Source of the DNA: Cetorhinus maximus
Lineage: Eukaryota
Length of the DNA stretch: 64,000 nt
Direction of reading: 5' to 3'
Assembly: GCF_964194155.1 (NCBI RefSeq)
Contig: NC_135898.1
Location: 21,018,001-21,082,000, forward strand
How positions within the stretch are numbered: position 1 is the first letter of the stretch; each line of letters opens with the position of its first letter. Below, piece by piece: positions 37,530 to 51,746 of this stretch. A program made the translations under genes and the position numbers. The notes beneath the pieces are model-generated. The model ran no database searches. It worked only from the letters and a program-made list of their open reading frames with translations, and was not told the DNA's origin.

Positions 37530-40139
37530 GACCAGGTTCAGTCTGCAAAATCACCAAAGGGGCACTTACTTAAAATAAAGTTTTATGACTTTGCTAATCT
37601 AGTGATATTTGGCATTTGTCGGTTAACAGTCGGTTAATCAGATATTATCGCATTTATCGTATCATTACAGGATTAAGTAACAATTTTTGATCCATCTGAT
37701 ACAAGGCACTGGACTAAAGAGAGGCCCTCTATTTAAGCCCAGGGCATTTTTCTTAAAATCGCTATCATGCCTGTGTAACCTTAATCCACAGCGTCTATTC
37801 ATGTGCACACTTTTTATTGCCTCTCCAGGTCTGAGCCTATTATTTATCTCCCTTTTCCCCTCCGATCTCTTCTACTTCCTGTTGCCCAGTCATACCCACT
37901 TTAATTCACCCCTTTTTAGTACTTTGCCCCGATGCCTGCCCACATCTATCATGCTTCTTTTCCATTCTGCTACCCAGGCTTGAATTCTCTTTGGAAAACC
38001 CACAGCTCCTGTTTGTCTCTCTCTTAGCACACTCTAGATGACACAATGGCTGCCTCCCTGCCAAAAGAGTCTCCATTGCCCCATGCTGCTCCTTTGCCAC
38101 CCTTCCCATCCAATAGACCTACTGGGAACTAACCTCATTCTGCTCACTTTAGCAGCCACTGTCTCCTCGACTCTGCCACCATGCCTCTTTATGCATTTCT
38201 CTGCAAATGGCCAGGATGTGATTCAGGTCCTTGCCTTCTCTGACTTTACCGTGTATCGATTCATTGACATCCTAGCTATGACTGAAACACGGTTCATGGT
38301 TAGTAACACCTTGCTCCTTACTGAAGCCTACTGTCACCCCTTTCATCCTTAGTGACTTAAATGTCCATCTTAACTCCCCCTGCCCTCTCTACTCTGAATT
38401 GACTTCCCTCTTTAGGCTTCTCCCTTCATATAAACGCCCCCCACCCCCTATCCATATTCATGGGCAACCCTCTCAGCCATGCCAGGTCTCATGACCTCTC
38501 CACTCCCATCACAACCAAGGTCATCTCCAACCACTTCCTTGCATCCATCACCATTCACGTCCTCTGCTTGTCCCTAGAAAAGATTCCTCCCCAAGTCTTG
38601 CGTGGGCCACAATTTCTGCCAGTTGAACATTTGGAAAACCACAATCATTGCCTTTGACCCCCTACACCCTCCTTCCCCTCCACCTATTCCATTCCTCTTC
38701 AGACAGTGCCTTTTTAAAATTTTGCTTCTTTGGGCTCTGCTTCTGAAACAAAATATCTTTCTACATTGAAGGTGCTGCAATAAATGCAAGTTGATAAAGA
38801 TTGCTGTTAAGCACTTTTTACTCAGGACATGTTTTAAACACGAAAACCAGGACAATTAAACTCTGACCAAATCTGAAAATTTGTAATGACAAAACCCTCA
38901 TCCTTTGCTATAAATTGCACAACTCTTCACTCATACAAATACCAACTCACACTTCATTTATATAACTTAATCCTGTTCAGTGTGAAATTTGTCACATAAT
39001 TTTGCAGCCGAATTTGAATTTTAATCAAGCCCTGATAAAACTAACTGACTCTGTCCATGAAGCCTCTTTAACCTTTCATTCAGTAATGTAGTCAAACAAC
39101 TGGAAACCCCAGAACATAAGCATTTCTACAGAAACAGTAGGTGTCATTGACTGCAAGACATTATTCAGAAGTTGGGATTGTGCAATAGATTGGCTCCAGA
39201 TAACTCGCATGAGCTGGAACACACAATCCCAATTGGATCAAACTCCTTCACAGTCACTTCCAGCTGCTTTTCATGATGGTCAGAGAAACATGGTTTCAAT
39301 GGTTCCCCCTTTAGCTGGGAGAGGCAAGAAAAAAAAAATATGGAAAAAATAACACTCCAGCAAGAAGGAAAATCACTTGATAATTCCTCTCTGACCCCCT
39401 CAGCCCAGTCCAGGAGATCACGCAGATGAAGTATTATGTATAGAGACACTTACCTTCTGTATAATGTGATCTCTTTTCCAGCTCAGGTCCCTCTTAAATG
39501 CATACAAAGAATCACCATTTACCACACCAGCCAGCAATCCATTCTGGAGGCTCGCTACTCTCTGGGAATGAAGAACTGCCCAACATTCAACCTACTATTC
39601 TGTGTAAACTTGCTGCACCCTTCCCCCCTCCCCCCATCCGCTCCTCCTCAATCTGTTAAACTGGAACTTGAATAATCTATCAACCTGGACAGTTTCCAGT
39701 CCTTTCATTATTGTATGGACCAAGCTGAAATAGCTGAGGCTCTTTTAGCTAGGAATCATTCTTGTGGCTCTCCTCTGGAACTTTCCCAAGGTCACATTAT
39801 AACCCATCATGTTGCGGGGGGGAACCAAAACTGCACGCATGACTCTTTGTGCAGTCTGACCAATGACCTGTATATTGACAAAATGATGTCCTTTTATTTG
39901 TTCTGAATAGCTCTATTAATAAACCCAATATCCTGTTGGCTTTTTAAAGGGACTTGAACAATATGGAAAAATAATGCTAAAGCCACGATCTTTTTCTCTC
40001 CACACTCTCTTGCTTTGTAGCCTGCAAATGATATGTACATTGTGTCGGCCTGACCAACCAGCATAATGCTACATTTATACACATTGAATGCCATTAGCCA
40101 TTGTGTGGCCTACTCCCCTACAGAATTTTCTCCAAAGTC

Positions 40140-41385
40140 TTGGAGGGTCCTACACTGCTGACGGTGTCAAATGCTTTAGTAAGATCTACAAAAGTAAGGT
40201 AAAGAGGTATATCCTGTTCACTACACTTGTCTTATAGCTGCCGTATGATGATCGTGTCCACAGTAGATTTGCCAGCAATGAAACCACTGTGCTTCTGGGT
40301 ACTTTTGGTCTGCAAAAAGATGGAGTCTTTTCAAGCATGACCCTAGTGAAGGCCTTCCTAGTGACGCTAAGAAGCAAGAAGCCCTGTAGTTGTTGCAATT
40401 TCATCTGTCGCCTTTGTTTTTGTTTAATGTGTTGACTTTTGCTTCACCCAGCTCTGTAGAATGGATCCTATCCTCCAGAGAAGGCCTGAATGCCCTGACT
40501 AAATTCTACAACACCATAAAGTATCATGGCAACATCCAAGATTTGGCCACTGGCACCCAACTGACCTGATAATCACTGGAAGATGTGATTCTGCAGTGTT
40601 CTCCATTCCCAGCACTTACCACAGCACAGATTGCTATACTGACCACTCCTTTGCCAGCACTAGAATGAAAGGGCAAGCCCGAAAGCTTCACAGCTCCAAA
40701 CACAATGGCCCACCATGCATCAACACCTCTGGTAGAAGAAATAATGCCAAGTACCAGTTTGCATTGGTAATCAGGCAATTGCTACCCGCTAAAGGCTTAC
40801 CATGAAACACCAATGTGATATTAGTAAAGCTTAGAAGTTGCTAGTTCAATCATTTATGAAACAACAGCATCAACTTTTAGTAAAGGCGGAACCTGAAACA
40901 AAAACTGTTTTGAGACTCAGCAGAGGTGACATTTGTCCTTGAAGCAAAAAATAACACATACCTGATGCACAACATAAACCACACAGCTGGAACACTGTAT
41001 GACTTGAAAGTAGTCAAGGCAGTCATGCAAAAGACAGTGAGATACTGCGTAAATAAACACTGGATCACCCTATGTCAAGAAATCAAAACTGCCTGTGACA
41101 ACGGAAATCTATGTGCTATGTATGATGGGATCAAGTGAGCACTTGGTCCGACCATCACTAAAGCTGTCCTATGAAATACTGATCAACAGAAGTAAGCAGA
41201 TGTACCATTGGGTTGAACATTGCAGTGAGCTGTTATCCCACAAGACGTACATCTCCCTGTCTGCTTTTGACCCTCTCCTGTAGTTTCCTAACATAGCTGA
41301 GCTCAAAAACGCCACTGATTGCTGAGCAAGCAGAAAGGCACCGGGCAAGGGCGGAATTCCAGCCGACTGCTCAAGCACAAAGTCC
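40140..41385. mobile_element. RTE-clade LINE fragments in opposite orientations
   Basis: LLSVTRKAFTRVML on minus (40186-40404); RTE ORF2 remnants on plus (40800-41380). Confidence 0.65.
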
Positions 41386-41519
41386 CATCTACTGCCTTTA
41401 TGACCCTGTTTAACAAGCCTCAGTTTTATCTCTGTAATCTACTCCAGCCCTACAACCCTTCAAGATATTTGCACTCCTCCAATTCTGGTTTGCTGCACGT
41501 CTCTGATTTTAATCACTCA

Positions 41520-43250
41520 ATGGAATGTTGTTACTTATTGCAAGAGGAATGGAATATAAAATTGGGGAAGTTTTACTGCAGTTGTTCAGGTACTTGGTGA
41601 GACCACATCTGGAATACTGTGTACAGGTTTGGTCTCCTATTTAAAAAAACATATAATTGCTTTTGAAGCAGATCAGAGAAGGTTCACGGCTTATTCCTGG
41701 GATGAGGGGCTTATTTTACGAAGAAAGGTTGAACAAATTATGCCTATACGCATTGGAGTTTAGAAAAATGAGAGGTGATCTTATTGAAACATATAAGATC
41801 TTGAGGGGACTGGATAGGTTGGATACGCAGAGGATGTTCCCTCTTAAGGGGGAAACTAGAACTCGAGGACATAGTTTAAGAATAAGTCTTAAGACAGAGA
41901 TGAGAAGTTTTTTCTCTCAGAGGGTCATTAGAGTGTGAAATTCTTGTCTCCAAAAGGCAGTGGAGGCTGCATCTTTGTTCAAGGCTGAGTTAGATAAGAT
42001 TTTTGATAGGCAAGGGAGTCAAAGGTTACGGGGGGCAGACAAAGTGGAGCTGAGACCACAACCAGATCAGCCATAATCTTATCGAATGGAGCAGTTCGAA
42101 GGGCCGAATGGCCTACTCCTGCCCCCTATGTTCCTGCCCCTGGTGGCCATACCTTTAATTGCCATGGTCCTAAGCTCGGCTAAACTTCTCCACCTCTCCT
42201 TCTCTCTCCTCTGTTAAAATGCTTCTAAAAATCTTCCTCTGTTTTGGTCATCTGTCCTGATTTCTTCTTCTAGGGCTCAATGTCAGAAAAATGTCAAAAA
42301 TGTTTGCATTGATATCACTCATTAAGTGTTCCTGGATGACACAAAAATAGGTGGGAAAGCAAGTGGTAAGGATGACACAAGGACCCTACAGAGGGATATA
42401 GACAGGTTAGAGGTGTAGAATGGGCAAAAACTTGGCAAATGGAATATAGCATGGGACAGTGTGAAGTTATGCACTTTGGCAGGAAGAATAGAGGAGCTGA
42501 ATATTATTTAAATGGAGAAAGACTGCAGAAAGCTGCAGCACAGAGGGATTTGGGAGTCCTTGTGCATGAATCCCAAAAGCTAACATACAAGTTCAGTAGA
42601 TAATAGGGAAGACAAATGGAATGTTGGCCTTTATTTCAAAGGGAATGGAATATAAAAATAGGGAAGTCTTGCTAAAACTATACAAGGAACTAAACCACAC
42701 CTAGAATACTGTGAACAGTTTTGGTCCCCTTATCTAAGGAAAGATATACTGGCATTGGAGGCAGTCCAGAGAAGGTTGATCCCGGGGATGGAGGGATTTT
42801 CTTACAAGGACAGGTTGAGTAGGTTGGGCCTGTACCCACTGGAGTTTAGAAGAATGAGAGGTGGCCTTATTGAAACATATAAGATTCTTAGGGGGCTTGA
42901 CAGGGTAGATGCTGAGAAATTGTTTCCCCTTGTGGGAGAGTCTAGGGTCAGAGGACATAATCTCAGAGTAAGGGGCGCCCATTTAAAACAGTGATGAAGA
43001 GAAATTTCTTCTCTCAGAGAGTAGTCAATCTGTGGAATCCTTTACAGCAGAGGGCTGTAGAGGCTGGGTCGTAAAGTATATTCAAGGCTGAGATAGACAG
43101 ATTTTTAATCAGTAAGGGAATCAGGAGTTATGGGGAAAGGCAGGAAAGTGGGGTTGAGAATTATCAGGTCAGCCATGATCTCATTGAATGGCAGAGCAGG
43201 CTCGATGGGCTGAATGGCCTACTTCTGCTCCTACGTCTTATGGTCTTATG
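41520..43250 (+). mobile_element. Two CR1 LINE 3' fragments (~41520-42130 and ~42335-43250)
   Basis: YEERLNKL.LY.LEFR.MRGDLIETYKILRGLDR appears twice, with CR1 tails. Confidence 0.9.
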
Positions 43251-43654
43251 GACATTTTACTATGTTAAGAGCACCTTCTAAATTAATTTAAATTGCTGCT
43301 GTGTTTTGATCGCAGCCTGCTGCACACGTACACTCTTAAATCGCTTTTATAAAATTAAGAAAAAACACAGAAAAAAGAAAGTTCGACATTCCTTACTGAT
43401 TTCTTTAGAACTTGGCAAGAAGATAGAGATTTACAAATTCCCATAAATAGCTAATATTCTTTAATTTACCTCATGGTATGTCTAAATGCCAGTATTCTCT
43501 AAATGATGCACAGGTATACCTGTTCACAGCAGTTAAACATTATAGCCTGAAAAAAAATGCATGCCAGGTTAGCAAGAGAATAATACATTGCCTGTGAAAT
43601 AGTATAGCATTCCTGTCTTTCAGTTTACTACAAGCAACACCATGGTTAATCTAA

Positions 43655-43810
43655 GTGCTGAAAATACTCAGCAAGTCTGGCAACATCTGTGGAGAGAGAA
43701 AGAGTTAACGTTTCAGATTGAATACGTTCTTCTTTCTGAAGGCTGTTTCTCTCTCCACAGGTGCTTCCAGACCTGCTGAGCATTTCCATCACTTTCTTTG
43801 CCTTTATTAT
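43655..43810. mobile_element. Penelope pLTR-derived hairpin, older copy
   Basis: Inverted arms CTCAGCA...TGTGGAGAGAGAAA / TTTCTCTCTCCACAG...TGCTGAG. Confidence 0.7.
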
Positions 43811-45409
43811 GGATAATTTGTTGGTTTAAAACAAAAATGACTTAAGCAACAATGAGATTGAGATCTGTTTATTTCATTACGATGTCTCACGGTGATAATT
43901 TGCTAAAAATCCTGGGCTAGCTGACAACTGCATTCAATGGAACTGCTTGTAACAGGCAAGAAAGTTAAAACTAAACACCCTCCTCACCCACTGTACAATA
44001 GTCAAATGATGTCAAATTATATACACACAGAACAATAAATTATTGCTAGTAACAAAAACCTTTCTATTCAAGTTCTGTACATACAAAGACTCAAAGGTGT
44101 GCAGGTTATTGCAGCATGGTTTACAGTCCAGAGCAGTGCCATATTGGAGGCCCATTCTCATGGCCAGGAGCACCTCTTTATTCCCCCCCATCCACTTCCT
44201 CTCCTGAACTCAGTTGTACCAAAATCTGCTGGAGTCTGCAAAACCACAAGGGCAGCATTCATTCAGGAGAGGTGAAAGAGGAAACTGGACAAAATAAAAG
44301 TATTTGCATCGAATTCAGTTTTGAACACTTCCTGTATCTTGTGATACTTTTTCACTTCACCATATCATCATTAGCATTGAAAAAAAAGTGGTTAGTAACA
44401 GATTGTGAAGGCAAATCAGCTAAAATCCTCACATAGACTAGTCTCATAACAGAACTCAAGTCTTCCTAGACTGATGTGCGCTCTCAATGTTGTTTGGTTA
44501 AAGTTCACTGAGAAATTTGGAAATCTGATTTACAAGGCTGAATAATAAAAATGTTAACTGCAGAATAACCCAAAATAAGGTCAGGCAACAAGATCTTTCT
44601 TTCCTGTTTGGCCTTGTTCTATTATACTCACGCAAATCTTCTAAACTGGCTAATAGCTTTCCTCTTATTTAGTTGGTTGGTGGCAGGACTCGCTTATACT
44701 GCTGGCTACAGCTCCCATCTACATGGCTAAGACCTGTAAAAGATCCTCAAGCATGGCTTTTGCTGGTTAAAATTAAAAAGACAAAAAAAAAAATCATTGT
44801 TCCAGCTTTTTGTTTTAACATACATATCCGAATGTTTTTCTTGTGCATGTTGAACCAGCATACTCCAGCACAAAAGAAGTCTCAGCAGTATACTCTGTAT
44901 ATAAAAGCGGTCTATAGAAACTATGGTTTAACTCTATTTTTAAGCCACAGGATGGACACAGGCAAGGAAGCTCATTCAGACTATTATGGAGTTCATCCTT
45001 TCATTAGTGCCCCATTGCTAACTCCCGCACCATCATAGTATTAATTTTATGTGTTGGTCACTGCTTACGTGAAGCACATCTTGACCTCAGTTCCAAATGC
45101 GCCTTGCCTGAGTTTGAACTCTGGCCTTATGCCACTGTCAGAGTTTGAAGAGGGCAAACAAACTTTACCCATCGGGTCCACATAAAAAAAAATGAACAAA
45201 GACTTCAAGGATTTGTAATTCTCTCTCTTCACTGTCCTTCTTTGAAGATGCTGACGCTAGTTGAAGTACTGGTCACCCTAAAGTCTTCATAAAACTAGCC
45301 TTTCTTTCTGCATAAGCTCACAGAGTAAGGGTTGGGCAGCAACTGTGAGGCGGTCAATTTTTCTAGGAAGAATCACAAGGCCACATGCCCGTTGGAACAT
45401 AGATGTATG

Positions 45410-46100
45410 GGGTAGGGGCACAAAGAGATTTAGATGCAGATTTACAAATCATCCAAAGTAGTAACGCAGGTCAACAAGGTCATAAAAAATGTAAACAAAT
45501 ACTGCAATGTTTTTTAGCGAAATAGAATTCAAAAGCAGAGAAGTTATCTTAAATAGATTCTTGGTGAGACCACACAGAGTACTGGGCTCAGTTCAGGTCT
45601 CCATATTACAAACAGGACATAGAGTGTAAAAAGATTCACAAGGATGATATCAGAACTGAGAGGGTATAACTACGAGAAAAGATTGAATAGGCTGGAGCTC
45701 TTCTCTCTGGGAAATGGAAAGCTGAGAGGTGAACTGATGGAGGTCTTTGAAATTAGGAAAGGGTTTGACAGGGTAAACGCAGAGAAGATATTTCCACTTG
45801 TGGAGGGGACCAGAACCATAAGTATAAGATAGTCACTAATAAATCTAACAGGAAATTCAGCAATTTTTTTTTCCCTCCAGGGTGGTTAGAATGCGTAACT
45901 CAGTGCCACAGGGAGTGGTTGAGTTGATCAGCATCACATAAGAATGTTTAACATCAAGATGCATTTAAGGGGAAGTTAAATAAGTACACAGCAAGGAAAG
46001 GAAGAAAAGATATGCCCATAGGTTGAGATGAAGTAGAGTAAGAGGGAGCCAAGGAAAGCATAAACACCAACATAGACAAATTACCTATTTCTGTGCTGTT
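45410..46100 (+). mobile_element. CR1 LINE 3' fragment
   Basis: YEKRLNRLELFSL..LRGELMEVF. Confidence 0.8.
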
Positions 46101-47988
46101 AATTCGATACAATAGGAATGGGTACGATAAGGAGAGAGATTAGCAGCAGGGGTGCTTTTCACAGTCTGCCTTTCTAGGGGCACTGGGACCCACTTTCTGC
46201 CTCTCTGATTAAGAACAGCTGTACAGCAGACACACTAGCACAGGGTAGCACAGACTGAAAGCAGCAAGAGACAAGTCTTGGACGGATGTCAGCAAGCCAT
46301 TCCTACCAAGAATGGTCCGGATCTGTGTGGGATAAAAATGATAATCAGGACGCTGTGACGGGGCAAGGTGACATTTTCGAGACAATTGAAATAAGATGGG
46401 CAGAATTATCTTCTCCATCTTGCAATGATGTAGCATATTGTACATACAGGTAACAAATGGAAGAAAAGTTGTAAATGCAGCTGTAGTTGCTAATTTCTCA
46501 TGGTGTTAGTGAAGGTGAAAACATCCAATTACTTATAAATTAATTTCAGTTATTAGAAAGAACATGTAAATTTTATATGTATTTCATGACCTCAGGATGT
46601 TCCAAAGTGCTTTACAGCCAATGAAGTATCTCTGAATGGCAGTCACTGCTGTTATGTAGGCCAATTTGCAAGTTTTCACAAATGGAAAAAATGACGACAT
46701 TGTCTTTTTTAAAAGGGCAAATGAAGGATAAATGTTGGCCAGGAGAACATCCCTGCTCCTGCTCTTTTGCGAATATTGCCATGGGATTCCTTGCATCCAC
46801 CTGAAGGGGCAGAAAGGTTTAACAACTCAAGAGCAAGATGCACCCTCGACAGTGCAATGCTCCCTTAGCACTGGAGTGCCGCCTCGACTTTGTGCTCAAG
46901 TCTCTGCAGTGTCGACCTACTGACGGGGGAGACAGAGAGACAGTGCTACCCACTGAGCTCATCTGCCACTTTGTTGGAAGCGTATGTAATGGGTGGAGAT
47001 GCAAACTCTGAAACCAGCTCAACTGGTAAAACAAACTGGCATTTACAAAGCACTTTGGAAGAGGACTGAGAACCATCACGATTTGATTGCCTAAACTGCA
47101 GTGACTGTTACTTGCTGAATGCACAAAGTTTCTCACAAACAGCAGCAATGTGAATTACCACTTTTGTGATGTTGGGCAAGAGGAATGTTGGCCAGGTTAC
47201 CAGGAAATGTCCCTGCTGCTCTTTAAATAACACCAGACTTCTTTCCAATCAATAATGTTAAACTGCACAACAGGGCAGACGGGGTCTCAGTTTAACATGC
47301 CAGCTGAAGTCAAACACCTGCTGCAATATGCACTCTTTCCCTAAACGGCTCCCTCTCCACCAACACCTGGATTAGGGAGTGCTGGAGGGAAGCAACAGTG
47401 CAGGTATCATTGCCTTGGCCAGGCTGTATCACCTACCCAGTGTCAAAACAGCATGGCGACATTCACTGCCCCAGCTCATCCACTGAGAAAAAGGTCTTGC
47501 TGCTTCAGCAGTGAACGACTGCTGGTGCCTGTGACATTGCACACTGGTGACAGGCCGCACTGCAGGAGAGGGGACAAGAAAATTCAGCACAGCTATTGCC
47601 ACTTTTCGCTACCTAGCAGCTCTCCGCTGAAATGGGGGTGAGACAACAACTGCAGGAACTCCCCGAGTGTATGACAAACCTGCTCCACTAATCCTGGTCC
47701 AAGCGAGGTTTGCGCTGAATGTACGATGACTCACTCAACTCTCAGTGCACTGCAAGTATGTCACGCTTTTTCTTGAAGCCACTTGAGGGAGTTTCTGATT
47801 GTCAGGGAGAAAATGAAAGTTGATGGTCGCTCAGCAATTCCTGCAGTCCAATCTCATGAAAGGGATAGCCGCCCATTTGTGAAACTTAACTATTAACAGC
47901 TAGAAGTCTACAGAACTGCCTTTAAAACAAATAAAAGTGACTTGCACATGTAAACCCATTGGTCACTGCTGCTCAGTGTGTGCTCTGC

Positions 47989-48109
47989 TCAGTCCACAGG
48001 AGTGTCTTGCAGTATCGGAGTGCCAGTCCCCGCCTTTGATTCCTTCATCTTCTCTAAGGCCAGGCGTAAATCCGTCTGAGTGATCGCTCGCAGACCCTCA
48101 TCAGTGGAG
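47989..48109 (-). CDS. ATAD1: ATAD1 (atad1a-type) last exon (STDEGLRAITQTDL...QDTPVD*)
   Basis: Phase-2 acceptor TTTTTAG; TGA at 47991-47989. Confidence 0.9.
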
Positions 48110-49085
48110 CTAAAAATAACAACAGCATGCATTAGGATTATCCTCCCTACAGTCATGCTGTACCAGACTGAAAATTGCTTCAGCCCAATCATCCAAAGCA
48201 TACATCTTTCAAAACTGTCTATCAGACCCGATTTATTCTACTCCACCACCTCCTCCAGCCTGAAAAATTTCTTCCCCGTCTCCTGAACCTACTAAGTCAC
48301 TGGGGTATGGTTCCCTAGGTACTGGTCAGTTTCTGGTCTTACTTCAGTCCACAGAGGTGCAACTAGACAGAGCAGAGGCAGAATTCTTGTTGGTCAAAAA
48401 AATAAAATCAAGACCATTCAGGACGGGAAAATATAAAGCTATGTCCAATTATAGTCACTAAATCTTCAGATGAAGTGAAGTCACCCTCATTTAGAGAGGC
48501 AATCCTTGGGGATACGACAAATCCCTTCCACTAATCCTAGGCCAAGCTTGATCTGTGCCTGATGTACTGAAGTCACTGAACTCTCAGTCCATACACCCAA
48601 GTGCAATGAACTCCTTTTCTAGGAGCTAGCAGGTAGTTGTGTGTGCACCTTTCAAATCACAGAACAAATAATCTGCCATTACCCAGTAGGGACTTGCACA
48701 TTTAGAATGGCCACTGATTGTCTCCCAACACCCAATCCCACATTGCCAGCACAAAACAGGATCTAACTCCACAGATTTTTTTGTCGTCTACAGGGGAGGA
48801 GGTGAAAAGATAATGAAATGGTTCCTACCCACGGCAGTACTGGGAACGGATGCTGCTTCACATAGTGACTGGAAAATGACAAGTGGATGCACTGTCGGAA
48901 CTCAAGGACACAAGTTGCCCACGTTTCCCCATAAAGGGATATGTTCCCTTCTGTGCCCCTCACCTTACCTTCCTGCTATTCTTGTTAACTCTCCCACAGT
49001 GTGGAACAATCTTTGCCCTTAGGCACCTCCCAGCCCTAGTGCGAATGCCTCTCAAACAGTACAAAAACATGGCGGCGAGAGGCAC

Positions 49086-49258
49086 CTTTCCTCGCAGTCA
49101 TCAGCTTGCAGTTGTCTCCCGATGCGCTGCATTTGCTCCTTCCGAACAAAGTCACGGAGTCTGTGCAAGGCTGCCTCTCTGCAGAGCTCCCTTAGGTCAC
49201 TGCCAGAGTAACCTTCAGTCTTCTCTGCAATTTCTTTCAGCCTCACATCACTGTTTAA
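49086..49258 (-). CDS. ATAD1: ATAD1 exon (LNSDVRLKEIAEKTEGYSGSDLRELCREAA...)
   Basis: AAA lid motif GYSGSDL; 173 nt. Confidence 0.93.
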
Positions 49259-49373
49259 CTGGAAGGAACATTTTAGAAGAGAGAGAAAAAAAAAATCAAT
49301 GACGCACCCAACCTACAGCAGGAAAGGCATTGGATAAAAGACAAAAACAAACAGAGAGGAGAGAGACACGTAC

Positions 49374-49424
49374 ACATTCGCCAGAAAGGACCAACTTCAG
49401 AATCTCCTGCCGCTCTCTCTGCCT
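49374..49424 (-). CDS. ATAD1: ATAD1 exon (RQRERQEILKLVLSGEC)
   Basis: 51 nt, AG/GT boundaries; corresponds to the ALKQREAILKLIL exon. Confidence 0.88.
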
Positions 49425-51656
49425 CTGTAAGATTACACAGAAATGGTTACTTGAATATCAAGGAAAAGCGAGACATGTTGCCAAAGCTTTACATCTTGTA
49501 CTCATCAGGGCAAACGCAAAAATGCCAAATTTCAAATGATCACAACAATTTATTCTACAGGAGAAAAAGGGGGCAGATTGGCTGGCAAGTCTATTGTGAT
49601 TGGCCGAGACATTACCATGGAGCAAGCAATGGGGAATTACAATAAGTCCCCATTTTGCACTGTCCTGTTTTATGTTTTCTTGCTTTAGCAGTCATTTAAT
49701 GGGGCCTATATTCTTGTTTAATGTCACAAGTTTCATTCTAAAGTTGTTTCGTGCCAGTTTGACGTAGGGCAATGTGACCTGATTGGCACCATTTTGGACC
49801 AGCCTCTGCCGCTCCCCAACCCTTTAAAAAAAAAATTTTTTTTCACTGGATGTGAGCATCGCTTGCTAGGACAGAAATTTTTATTGCCCATGCCTAATTG
49901 TCCTTGAGAAGGTGGTGGTGAGCTGCCTTCTTGAACCGCTGCAGTCCCTGTGGTGTAGGTACACCTACAGTGCGGTTAGGGAGGGAGTTCCAAATTTTGA
50001 CCCAGTGAAGGAACGATGATATAGTTCCAAGTCAGGATGGTGTGTGGCTTGGAGGCGAACTTGCAGTTGTTAGTGTGCCCATTCATCTGCTGCCCTTGTA
50101 CTTCTATATGATAGAGGTCATGGGTATGGAAGGTGCAGTCGAAGGAGCCTTGGTGAATTCCTGCAGCACATCTTGTAGATGGTACACACTGTTGCTACTG
50201 TGCATCAGTGGTGGAGGGAGTGAATGTTTAAAGTGGTGGATGGGGTGCCAATCAAGCAGGTTGCTTTGTCCTAGATGGTGTTGAGCTTCTTGAGTGTTGT
50301 TGGAGCTGCTCTCATCCAGGCAAGTGGAGAGTATTCCAACACACTCCTGGCTTGTTCCAGTAGATGGCGAACAGGCTCTGGGAAGTCAGGAAGTGAGTTA
50401 CTCTCTGCAGAATTCCCAGCCTCTGACCAGCTCTTATAGCCACAGCATTTATATGGCTGGTCCAGTTCAGTTTCTGGTCAATGGTAACCCCCCAGGATGT
50501 TGATAATGGGGGATTCAGTGATGGTGCTAGCATTGAATGTCAAGAGGGGAATAATTTGATTTCCCTCTCTTAACCATCTCGTCAATCCTTACTCTCGCCA
50601 AACCTCTCACTCCCCGACTCTCCCACCCACTACTTCTCCCTCCTGAACCCTCGCTGTGAGAGCTCTGGAGGGCAACGTAGAGGAAGTCCAAGCTGCTCCT
50701 CTTGCTTCGCGTTGTCAAAGCCCTCTCTCAGAGCAAGGGTTCAGGAGAAGGAAGCAGTGAGCAGGAGAGTTGGAGAGCAGCGGGTTTGGCGAGAGGGAGG
50801 GTCAGAAAGCAGCAGAAGACAGAATCCTGGAGGGTCAGCAGCAAGTGGGTTGGTTATGAAGTGAGAGAGGCTGCGAACCTGGAGAGTCAGCAGCGAGAGG
50901 AAGGGCTAGGGGGCAGGATGGCAGGCAGTAGGTTCAGGAAGCAGGATTGGCAGTAAGCAGGAGTAGAAAGTTACCACACTTCTTCTAAATATTAAAATTT
51001 ATTTTTAAGTCATTTCATTTACCAATATAGGAATTTAGCTACATAAAGCATTTCAATTTAAGTGTATAATGTGTTAATTTTCTTTCTGATGAGAAATGTC
51101 TGGCAAAACCTAACTGCAGCTTTTACATTGGCTTTAATGGGACAATTTGATTTGCTTAAAGTTATTTCACTTAAAGTTGCACTGTTGGTGAACACAACCA
51201 CAACTTTAAGTGAGGGCTTACTGTATAGGCTCCCCGTGCTCCCAGGTAATTCAACAAAAGGCACAAGGCTTAAACATCTTCCTTTTATTTTCAGAGGACG
51301 GGTCCCTACATATGAATGAATGTTGCTTTTAGTAAAGTTAAATTAATCAACTTATCAGCTCGATTGATTATCTTAAATTGATATTAGTACACTCAGGATT
51401 GTTCAGCAAGTGCTGCCCAATTGATGAAGCACATCTAGCAGCAGACATTTTGTTTTGGGTTCTGCAAGTGGGCTAGTCGAGTATGGTGGTTACTTCCCTC
51501 TTTTAAAATTGGGCACATGTTCATGAACATTTGCAAATTAGTGGGCCAATGCCTCCATTCTCTCCTCCTCTACATGCTGTTCAGGTTCATTCAGAAACTA
51601 ACAGGGACAGCAGAACAGCTCAGGAAAACTTGAAAAAATCTAAGTCAAAAACTCAC

Positions 51657-51746
51657 AGGCAGGCCCACGTGGAATGTACTAGGCATTCTCCTCAAGATGG
51701 CTGGATCCACATCCTGTGGCCTGTTTGTAGCACCCATCACAATCAC
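51657..51746 (-). CDS. ATAD1: ATAD1 exon ([30 protein letters not shown])
   Basis: Second region of homology with arginine fingers; 90 nt. Confidence 0.95.

Noticed and set aside
39165-39449. ORF containing LRDLLDWAEGVREEL as a possible PRKG1-beta first exon
   Set aside because: No leucine-zipper heptad continuation and no CpG island or supporting splice site.
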